NCBI GenBank assembly: GCA_043228905.1
Contig: JBHGNT010000005.1
Location: forward strand, 9,982,001 to 10,046,000
Length of the DNA: 64,000 bases
Direction of reading: 5' to 3'
Origin: Azolla caroliniana
Lineage: Eukaryota; Plantae; Polypodiophyta
Both the position numbers and the translations under genes were made by a program. The notes below the pieces were generated by a model. That model saw only the letters and a list, made by a program, of their open reading frames with translations, ran no database searches and was not told the origin of the DNA. Below, one piece after another: positions 11,537 to 21,251 of the stretch. Numbering within the stretch: position 1 is the first letter of the stretch; each line of letters opens with the position of its first letter.

Positions 11537-14500
11537 TTATTCACCCAAATTGTCCAAAATACTTTGTTCAAGAATTTCCACTTGTTCTTCCGGTTGTTCT
11601 TCCGGTTGTGGTTGTTGCGGCTGTGCTTGCTGCTGCTGCTGTGGTTGCGGTTGGGACTGAGGCTGCTCCGGCTGCTCTGCTTGCTGTTGCTGCTCCGTTT
11701 GTTTCGCTGACTCCGGTTGCTCCGTTTGTCTGCTTCCGGTCCGGTCTCCTTCCAGTAACGGTTCCTCATCACTGAGGTTGACCGTAACTGGTTCTCGTTC
11801 TTTCTCTCCCCGGATCCGGGACCTCTCGTAGCTTTCAAACTGGATCTGCGCCTCCAGCCTGTCGTCGTCCAGCTGAGCTACAAGTTGCCGGACTTGCTCT
11901 AGTTGGTCCTCTGCCAAGGCTTGAAAGTCTTCGGCCAGCTCATCTCTTATGCCGGTGAAATCTTCAGAATTCAGCATATAGCAATCATCTCCCTCCTTCC
12001 GCCGGTTCTCTACATCAGCCCGGAGCAATTGGAGTTCCGCCGCGTTCGTGGCCCACTTGGTCCACCATTTGACGGAACCGTTGTCAATCAAGCTCTTGGT
12101 CTGGTTCAACCAGGCCCGCATGATATCCTGGATGCGACTTGCTCCCATTTGTGCTCTGCTTTCCACCACTTGTCGCTCCTCCTTCAACTGCTTGATGAGA
12201 TTTGCCGTATCCTCCGCCTGCTCTCTGTAGCGCGTCAGCTGCCCTTGATATGTCGTTTGCAGCCTCTGCAGTACCTCCGCCGCTCTTTCTTTTTCCGCCT
12301 GCTGTTGCCTGAGGAGCTTTGTCCGAACCTTCTCCGCCTCTTCCAACCGTCTTCTGTTTTCCGCTTGTTCCTTGGCGAATGCGGTTGCGGTCCGATCAAC
12401 TGCTTGCCGGAGCTCATCCGTCCGTTCCTTGTGCTCCGTTTGCAACCGTTTATACTCCCGGTGCAATTGCTCAAATTCCTCCGTTTTTTGTTTGAGCTTG
12501 CCGTTGATCTGGCGATGGTTCCGGTCCTCCCGGTCCTTTACCTGCCGGAGTTCCTCTTTCAGGCGCTCTACTTCTGTTTCGGCGTTCCTCCGGAGCCTCT
12601 CCTTCTCTTGCAGCATTTTCTCCTTCTCCTCCTTGAGCCGGTCGTACGCTTGGTGGCCTTTCCGTAAGCTCTCCTCGGCCCGGCGTAGATTCTCAGCAGT
12701 CTTTTTGAGTTCTGCCTCCGCTGCCGTCTTCAATTCTCTTTCGCGGCTCCTCAGCGCTTCTTGGGCAGCTAGCTCATCCTTTAAATCCGCAAGCTCTTGG
12801 GCTTGTGCCGCATTTCTCTCCGGAACGGTTTCCGTTGCCGGGGTCTGATTGCTATGTACAGGTTGATCTGCCGCTTTATTCTGTACATTGCCCGGAGTCA
12901 CCGGTGCTTGGACTTGTGTTGTCAAAGCCACTTGAGCCATTTCCCTTGTGACCCTGTCCAAGTCTTGTTCAAGGCTCCGGATTCTGGACCGGGCCGTCTC
13001 TAGATCTACGGTTGTGACGAGCAACCGTTCCTGGTGCGCTCTCTCTTCCGCCTCTATATACTCGACCACTCCGGCGATTTGCTCGCCTACCCACCGTAGC
13101 CACATGCTACTGGTGCCTTGTTGCTGTACTGGTCGGGTCGGCTCATTCACTGTGGAATTGTCTGGCCTGAGTGCCTGCATATGCCGTTCTGGTTCTACTC
13201 CTTGGCCGCCGTGTGTTCTGGCTGGGCTCGCCGGCTGTTCAGTTCCGGTTCTCGCCGTCTCCGGAGCCGTTGGAATGACTTCTTCTATAGAAGTCGACAA
13301 GACCGGTTCCCTACGCACCGGTTCCGGTTCCTCCCTTGTGGTTTGCTCAGGTTGAGTTGGGGGCGTTTCTGCCTCTCGCGGGTACGACCGCTCCCCTCCT
13401 GTCTCGGCAGTCCTACTTCTTGACCGTCGTTGGAGGTGCTCTTCTGGCTCCTCCGTTTCCTCTTCCTGTGTCACGGCATGTTTCTGTGCCGTCAAGGGTT
13501 CCGGTTCCTTCTGTCCCGGTCTCCGTATGGTTATCTTGACGGGTCGGACCGGTGACACCTCCTCCGGTTCTGGGACCCGTTTCTTCCCTTTCGTCGCCTT
13601 CGACGCCAGCAGCTGCTGTCGTTTGGACGCCGGCTTCGAGGTGCTTCCTTCCGATACTCTTGGCCGCTTCTTTGGCTGGACGGTCTCGACCGGCGGCACG
13701 AGCAATGTTATCCATTGAGCTACGGCGTGCCACAGCTTCCAGCCCTCCTTGCCGTCCTTTCCTCGTACCATGTCGATTGCCGTGCACAAACCGTCCGCAA
13801 TCAACACCGGCCAGTCCACCTTGATCCCTTCATAGGTGGCTATGATCATCCCTGCCCGATTTTTTGGCATGACAGGGGGTCGGGGGTACACGTGACCGTA
13901 CTCATGGAGCACTCGAGTTATCTCCCTGAATAGCGGATCTTCGCCGCCCTGCGTCCGATAGCCTTTGCCGGCAACAGAGTACTCACCGAAATATCGGATG
14001 AGTTGCTCCGAGGTTGGGTTATCGATCTGAAAGATTCCTCCCTCCGGAAGGCCTGTCAGCGCACGGATCGCTTCCTCGGTGATGACCTCTGTGGCGAGCT
14101 CCTTGATGACCCGGTCGGCTTCTCTGTGCGGCGGTGCCTCCATGATGGCCAAGAACCCCTCCAGTCCGTGTTGCCTGAACCATTTCCTGGCCGCTTCCGA
14201 CAGCGTTTGTGGTTCCATGTCTGCTTCTAGGTCGAGGGAAGATGGCGAAGTAGAGTGGTGATGAGAGTGAGAGCGAGAGAGAGAGCGTTCTGAGCGCGGG
14301 GGTTCTCTGCGTGCAGGTTCGCGTTTGCTCAGCTTCCACTGCCTTGGTGCTTCTGTGCTTCTTGGCTCGCGAAAAAAGAAGGTCTCCATGCGCTCTTCTT
14401 CCTCCGGTGTCATTCGCTGGGACGTGTGATTTGCTTCCCACGTCTGCTCGAAGTCATGAACATGCGCTTCCGCGTCCGGATCATCGCGATACTTTGAATA

Positions 14501-15145
14501 TTGGAACGGCATGTCGTCGTCCAGTATTAGGCCGCGGTTTAGTGGCGTTTGTTGATATCCTTCCGGTTTTCTCTCCGGTTCCACTTCCGGTTCTTTTGCC
14601 GGTGCTTTTTCTGGTTCTTTTTCCGGTTCCTTCACCGGCTCTTCTTCCGGTACCTTTGCCGGCTCTTTCGTTGGTGTCGGTGGCTTTGCTTCTTCCACTT
14701 CCGGTGTTGGTGGGTTGACGGCTTCCGTTTGTGGTTCCGGATAGCCCTGGTTGCGCGGTTCCGGTTCTGGAGTCGGCACGGTATCCGACCCGTCGTCCTC
14801 CGGGCCGCCGGGGGTATCGTTGCTGCTCCGGTAGTTCGTATGCACGCTGTATCCCCCTTCGGAATCCGATTCGTAGGCTGAAAAGGCTTCTGCCTCGTTT
14901 TCTCCGCTTGCCAGCGCCTCCAGGAGTCGTTCGGTTTCCCGGAGACTACTTAGACTGCTGCCGTCGTCCTGGTCGCGAGTTTGCCGTAACCGGAGAGATT
15001 CCTCCGCGACTCTCCGGATCTCGTTGGAGAACGAATGATCCGAGCGAATTTCCTGCGCTGCTTGCTGGAAAGTCTCACGCCGTCTTTGCCGTTCGGCGAG
15101 GCGTCGAGCTCGGTCTGTAACCAAGTCGTGCGTTGGTCTAGTCAT
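11537..15145 (-). CDS. 1202-aa fusion of gag N-terminus with the 3' extra ORF (globular domain, low-complexity linker, coiled coil)
   Basis: Uninterrupted ORF. YSKYRDDPDAEAHVHDFEQTWEANH matches gag at 17075-17485, and LSEAARKWFRQHGLEGF through KWATNAAELQLLRADVENRRKEG matches the post-integrase ORFs at 59332-61898. Confidence 0.85.
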   Translation of the reverse strand: MTRPTHDLVTDRARRLAERQRRRETFQQAAQEIRSDHSFSNEIRRVAEESLRLRQTRDQDDGSSLSSLRETERLLEALASGENEAEAFSAYESDSEGGYSVHTNYRSSNDTPGGPEDDGSDTVPTPEPEPRNQGYPEPQTEAVNPPTPEVEEAKPPTPTKEPAKVPEEEPVKEPEKEPEKAPAKEPEVEPERKPEGYQQTPLNRGLILDDDMPFQYSKYRDDPDAEAHVHDFEQTWEANHTSQRMTPEEEERMETFFFREPRSTEAPRQWKLSKREPARREPPRSERSLSRSHSHHHSTSPSSLDLEADMEPQTLSEAARKWFRQHGLEGFLAIMEAPPHREADRVIKELATEVITEEAIRALTGLPEGGIFQIDNPTSEQLIRYFGEYSVAGKGYRTQGGEDPLFREITRVLHEYGHVYPRPPVMPKNRAGMIIATYEGIKVDWPVLIADGLCTAIDMVRGKDGKEGWKLWHAVAQWITLLVPPVETVQPKKRPRVSEGSTSKPASKRQQLLASKATKGKKRVPEPEEVSPVRPVKITIRRPGQKEPEPLTAQKHAVTQEEETEEPEEHLQRRSRSRTAETGGERSYPREAETPPTQPEQTTREEPEPVRREPVLSTSIEEVIPTAPETARTGTEQPASPARTHGGQGVEPERHMQALRPDNSTVNEPTRPVQQQGTSSMWLRWVGEQIAGVVEYIEAEERAHQERLLVTTVDLETARSRIRSLEQDLDRVTREMAQVALTTQVQAPVTPGNVQNKAADQPVHSNQTPATETVPERNAAQAQELADLKDELAAQEALRSRERELKTAAEAELKKTAENLRRAEESLRKGHQAYDRLKEEKEKMLQEKERLRRNAETEVERLKEELRQVKDREDRNHRQINGKLKQKTEEFEQLHREYKRLQTEHKERTDELRQAVDRTATAFAKEQAENRRRLEEAEKVRTKLLRQQQAEKERAAEVLQRLQTTYQGQLTRYREQAEDTANLIKQLKEERQVVESRAQMGASRIQDIMRAWLNQTKSLIDNGSVKWWTKWATNAAELQLLRADVENRRKEGDDCYMLNSEDFTGIRDELAEDFQALAEDQLEQVRQLVAQLDDDRLEAQIQFESYERSRIRGEKEREPVTVNLSDEEPLLEGDRTGSRQTEQPESAKQTEQQQQAEQPEQPQSQPQPQQQQQAQPQQPQPEEQPEEQVEILEQSILDNLGE

Positions 15146-18100
15146 CCATTACCGTCGTTCGCTGCGAGAAAGCAGGAATCGTGGTCGCCAAAATTGTGTT
15201 ATTCGCTTAGCCGGACAAGGCCTAACACAAGGTGTCACGGAGACACTTCACCAAAGGGTGATTACGGCATAGGATTAAGATTCAACGATTACACCGACTT
15301 ACGTAGGTTACACGATTAGATTGCTTTGGTTAATTACACGCGTAAGATACAACAGTAAATACAAAACGGAAATCAAGACAGAAGTATAAACATCATAAAC
15401 TGTATTAATTATCCGCTGTCATTACAATGGGGTCCGAGCCTTTAAATAGGTTTCCGGCCCGTAGTACAAAACGGTGCCTCTCGCACCTATTCGGGATCCG
15501 TCCGGATCTGGAACGGCATACCGTTTCCAGTCCGTCCGTCCACACTATGCTCATTTACAACCATATCTAATTAATTCCTTCACTCCGTATTTTGGACTGC
15601 TTGCCGGCCGGTAACAACAGGTCGCCTCGCTGATGACATTCACGCCAGAGCCGCCGTCGATTATGCACTCGTGCAGGTCCCTTCCTTTAATCATAATTTT
15701 TATGGCTGGATTCTGCGTATCCATGAGAGGTGGACCCGTTCCTGGCTCGGTCAGGTGCACAGGTGGCGCGGTGGAATGGGTGTTGGTCGTGAGTGTAGCC
15801 AAGGTGTCCCAAAAACGTGGCATGAGTGGTAAGAGTTTATGCAGAGGCAAGGAGATCCTGGAATTGGTAAGGGTGTCCCACAACTGGTCATCTTCTATCG
15901 ACGTGGATGGTGTCGAGGACTATGTTGCTCCAATGGTTGCGTCTCCCATTTCTGTTTGCATCCGCACCACATTGTTTTTGTTGGCCGTATCCATCCATTC
16001 TTTGGCTGCTTGCCGGACTTCATCCTGTACTTGCCATGGGGTAGCCTGGGCTTTGCTGCGTGTTGTGACGTTTTGCACGTCAGCCATAATACTATTCACG
16101 GCGGGAGCCTTTCCGCGGTCTGTTGTTGGGCATTACGTAGCGTAGTGACCGGGTTAGTTGCACTTGAAGCAGGTAACGACGCCTGAGTTGTTGGTGCCAG
16201 CCCGATCTGTCTGTGGGGAGGGGTGCGGCTGATTCCCGGCCTCGTGTGTTGGTGGGTTGGTCAAGGGCGCATTCGAGCTACACAGTTCATTTTGCGGGGG
16301 GTCCCGACGACGGTTGTCGTTATTCCTTCTGTTGTTGCGCGATCCTGAGTGAGAGTTGCACCGATCATTACGAGAATTTCGCTGATCATATCGGTCCTCC
16401 CGATCATCTTCATTTCGATCATAATCGTCGTTTACCCGATACTGGTCATTGTGATAGCGATCACGGCAGTCGTCCGATCTCCGTCGGTTGTCGTTTCGGT
16501 AATAGTCGTCGTCCCAACGGTAATCGTCATCACGGCGCCGTCTATCCGGCAATCGGGGTCGTTGGTTACCCTGGTTCCGGTAGGATTGTCTCTCGTCCTG
16601 ACGAGAGTATGTATCCTTGGGCTCGATCTGTCGAACCGGGGCCGTCGTTGTGTAGTTGAGCATATTGTATTCACAGTGCTCGACAGTGTGAGATCGGGAC
16701 TGGCAGATCGGACATTGTGGCCGATGAGGACATTCGAGGGCCAGATGGCCCGATCCCGAGCAAACTGTGCATTGGAGGGCTTGGCGGAAGCGATTGTCCT
16801 CCTGGGGAAGGGCGCTTTGCAGTGAACTCATAGAGAAAGTCGTGCTTTGTTGAGTCCGATCGAGGGCAAGGACGCGCGCTATGACTTGCTCGATCGTTTG
16901 GTTGGCAAAATTAGTAAGTGCGAGAGTCTTCTGTAGAGGCTCCCATAGGCTGGACAGGAATGCGTCCGGAATGTGTTGTGCAGAGACATCGTCGGCCACT
17001 TGTCTGTAGAGATCCCGGAACCGGATCGTGAACTGTGCGATCGTCTCGTGCGGTTCTTGTCGCATGGAAAAGAACTATCGGAGCAATTCTCGTTTGGGCA
17101 CCTCACGATGGAATAGTTCTAGGAACTGCGTGCAAACGTCGTGGAAGGTGACAAACTCCCTTGTGTCGAGGCCAAAATACCATCGCGCAGCTGGTCCATT
17201 GAGGGATAGTGTAAACGCGGCAATTTTTGAGGCCTCGATTTCGGCAGGTGAGAGTCGCTGTGTTGAGTGGTTGGCCTTCCAGGTGGACACGAAGGCACAG
17301 ATGTGCGACTCCGCGTCGAGGCTGTCGGTGTATCGTGGGTAAGGATACAACATGGTATCGAATTTGGGGTCTTCCGGTAAAACCGAAAAAGGGTTAGGAT
17401 CAGGGTGGGTGACCTCTGGAGGGCTTGGTGGAGAGGTTGGTGTGGACTCAACTCGCGACCGAGTAGCAGGTGGCGAGGATTGCAACCAGTGAGCCTTCGA
17501 TATTTCTTGGAAAGACTGGTCTGTGACCGCCGAGTCGGAAGTGCCTTCGACTGGCTCAGGGCGTCGGCTAGATGGCCGAGACCGCTTGGTGCGATTTGGC
17601 GCCGTAATGGCGGTTGAAGGTTGTCTTCAACGTAGTTCGTTGTGATCTCACAACTGTAACCGGGCGTGCCAAATTGTGTTAATCGTTCTGTTGGGAACAC
17701 CTTCGATATGCCTACAAGCTATCGGTATCAAGGGAAGTGTAACGTGAAGACTTGCGCACGGAGGCGTTGTTAGGGGAAGAAAACGGAGAGCATACCCGGA
17801 ATAGAGGTCGGGTCGTATACGTCGTTGAGACCTTAGAAACGACGGCACACAGATGAAAAAAACAACAAGAGCTAATAGATATGTATTACTGCAAATAGTG
17901 AGCGATGATTACAAAAAACACGGCCCACAACCAATGACCTTACAAAGCTCTTATAACTATGAAACGACCTCGCCTAGGCTCTAGATATCTCCCCCTGCTG
18001 AGGTACGCAGACCTCGGTTTATATACTTTTTCTTCATACAGAGCCGAGCGATCGGCTGACTGTGAGGCTCAAAACTTGGCGTTTACCTAACTCTACCTTA

Positions 18101-19176
18101 CCTACTCGCCTTACCTACCGGCGTATTACATTTAACTAATTTATATTTTTGGCCTATGGACAACAACAGATACACTACTTCGAATCTCCATCTTGTGCTT
18201 GCTTGCTAACTCCATAACAAGATCCATACACGCTTCTACATCAGTCGGTTTACACGTCACACAACAATAGATGACAAAGACACATACAATGTCAATAGTA
18301 GAGATAGGTGGCTGGTATACCATATTATAAGGAGGTAAGACGGTCCTTCACATCATCATTGTCTCAAAATTTTGTATATGAGAACTATATCTCTTCTTCA
18401 TCATTAAGAGGGCTGAAAAGTTGGTTGTTTTCATTGTCATCAATGGATCATGTGTGGTCTTTTAGGACATCACACTAGTAAAACAATGGATTGGACACTT
18501 TTGTATCAGGGGGAAGTGCATCTTCTACAATAACAGAGATTGTCATAACACCCATATAGCATAGTTGAAGTACAATAACATCCATCTTCTACAATAACAT
18601 CCATTTTTTAATGGTAGTTCGTGTACTTCAACTATGCTATATGGGTGTTCATCGATCCACAACATCTTTGTGTTTGAGGCATAATGGCATTACAACCAAG
18701 GTTGATTCACTACAATTTGTAAACATCTTTCACACTCACATGTTGTCCATTAAGTAGCTCATCTTGGTCATAGAGTGTAATCTGCGGGTTGTGACGAGGA
18801 GCCGGACTAAAATTATGATAAGATGATAAGGGGTGTATCTAGACAAAATGGTAGTGCGTTAAGACTTAATTAGGGCACACAATTACATAGCGCTTTATAA
18901 AAAACTTAGTCAAAGTAAATTTCACATCTGCTTAAGGATTACTTAACAAGGAGAGACGAAAACATGTACACAAAAGGCAATAACAATATAACATTAAACT
19001 TCTCTATCTTTTGATGAACAATTTTTTTTATACAAGTCGATAGGTGAGCTTTTCACCTTCCTAGCTTACGAAAGCGATGAGTGCAAAGTTGAGCCTTTTG
19101 AAGAGGTTAAGTATTATAGATAGTGAATATTACTAAAAAAAACTTTGGAAAAATTCCTCTCCTTAAGCGTATCCCA

Positions 19177-19447
19177 AACTTGTGCTTAAATATTTTCATA
19201 GAAAATTTATAGTGTTAAATTTGCTAGCTTCAAATGCATGTTATTCTAACAATTCAATAAACACTAATTACTAATTAATAAGATTAGCTCAATACATTTT
19301 AAAATCAGCCCGAACTTGTGCTTAAATATTTTCATAGAAAATTTATGGTGTTAAATTTGCTAGCTTCAAATGCATGTTATTCTAACAATTCAATAAACAC
19401 TAATTACTAATTAATAAGATTAGCTCAATACATTTTAAAATCAGCCC
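19177..19447. repeat. 136-bp tandem duplication
   Basis: AACTTGTGCTTAAATATTTTC... starts at 19177 and at 19313, and the copies are nearly identical. Confidence 0.9.
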
Positions 19448-20760
19448 AAATTTTAAAATGGTCATGTCTCTCTAACTATCTTGAATCCACTCAAGTTTAT
19501 AACTTATGAAGAGGATCCTCATAGAAATATCTAAAATCTAAAAATGGGCCCGTTTAGATGAAACATTCAACAAATCTTGTTATTTCATTTCCAATTTGGC
19601 AACACCAATGAGGGAAAACAAAATAATTATTTAGTCATACTATTAACACCATATGAAGACCAAAATGCTAGAACTAGACCACTCAAATAGATGAATATGA
19701 CATGTGCACAAGGAAGAATTATTTTACAACTGCAACATGTTCCTAGGTATGTTTCATCAACTTCATGTGAATGAAAACAATCCCCCATGATTCTAGTAAG
19801 AGAAAATCAAAACATACAAATAGAAAAGTTTTCCATGCGTCCTAGACAATCTAATATACACCCATGAACATAAAAACCATGTATGACAAAATTGTATTCA
19901 ATATATGACATTATTATTAGCTGAGATATTGACATATCCTCAAAAGTTTTCTTTTTGAGATTCACTACAAGGATTGCATGATCATAGATAGATACTATTC
20001 AGCCAACTAAATTTGAATGAATGACTTGCGAGCATATTGTTGTTTGTCGGGAATGCTCAAGATAATTTGTTGAACATTGATTTTGTTCTTATGATCTACA
20101 AATAGTTGAAAAATGACTTTTATGATTCACAAATATTTGTAATAAAGTAATCTAAGACTATCACTTGGACCATTCGGCAACAATAAACATGCATAGACTT
20201 GTCAGAATGTTTAAACTATGTATAGGACACAAATAAATTTATTCATAGGCTGCCAATGTCGAGCATCTCAAATGACGACTTAAAAGAGGAACGACAATTG
20301 AATACATTCGTCGATGAGTTGTGCACATGGAGTGGGAAACTTTAAAGCATGTAGCAATTGTAGAACAAATGGGAAGAAAGAGAAAAACACTCCCCCCACC
20401 CGCAATGACGTCTTTCAAAATATGGTGCGAAGGAAACATCAATCCAAAGGGGGGTGGTGGTGGTGAATGGATGGGATGAGAGGGATATGGAACATGCACT
20501 CCAATGTATATGGGTGGGCCGCAGGCAGCTACCCAAAGAAAAGATTAAAAAGAAAAAGGTGGTGTAAGGTTGTCTAGTAAGATGGATGGGTGGGGTAGCC
20601 AGACAAAAAGGATGGTAAATAGCTACAACCCAAAAATCAGGGAGGACTAGCACATGCTTGAAGCTCGGCCCACAATCAGCCCTGGCCTTTGATTAACACG
20701 AAGACGACACGGAAGCTCCTAGGAATACCACAATTTCGATCGACAAGAGGAAGATGAGAC

Positions 20761-20796
20761 GAAATCGAAATCGAAATCGAAATCGAAATCGAAATC
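20761..20796. repeat. (GAAATC)6 repeat upstream of WNK
   Basis: Six perfect hexamers. Confidence 0.9.
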
Positions 20797-21251
20797 GCAT
20801 ACACATACATAATCCGATCCGATGGATGGATCGATGGAACCATCGAGAGAAAGAGAGACCAGGCCACATGTGAGATCCATTGGAAACTTTAGCCTTATAT
20901 TATCCTTAAAAAGGGTCTCTTCTCTCTCTAGTGGGAGTTATTGTTGTTAAAAATAAATCAGTGCTCAACTATTTACATATACATATATATACATATTATG
21001 ATATATATAATATATATATAAACATCATCTTTTTCTTCCTCCTCTTCTTCTGCCCTCTTCTCCCTCTTTTTTCGAAGCTCTGTTTCTTAAGAATTGAATC
21101 TGTGGATATACCGCCCCCCACCCCCCCTCCCGTTCTTCCTGCACAAATTGTTTTCTTGCTTCCCGATCTCCTCCCCACAGGTATAATCGATTGAACTGTT
21201 TCTCCTGTTTTTATTCTTTGGCTTGCCTTTGCCCCATATCTACTCCAACAT

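Larger units (their letters stand above)
11062..15616 (-). mobile_element. Young non-autonomous Gypsy derivative with two 420-bp LTRs (11062-11481, 15197-15616)
   Basis: Both LTRs TG...CA with 2 differences seen by eye. TSD ACAGG at 11057-11061 and 15617-15621. PBS TGGCGACCAC at 15181-15190. No PR, RT, RH or IN. Confidence 0.95.
9596..18130 (-). mobile_element. Degenerate Athila/OTA-like Gypsy element (5' LTR ~17677-18130, PBS 17660-17671, gag, protease, RT), 3'-truncated and split by a nested element
   Basis: PBS TGGCACGCCCGG; gag ORFs 17075-17485 and 16154-17065 with Cys knuckles; protease IIDGGSGVN; RT WLSPIVVVPKKNGKIRVCVDYRKLN and FLDGFSGYNQI. Confidence 0.88.

Noticed and set aside
11903-15120. 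Many plus-strand ORFs over the 1202-aa ORF
   Set aside because: Antisense shadows of a GC-rich coding region with no recognisable motifs.
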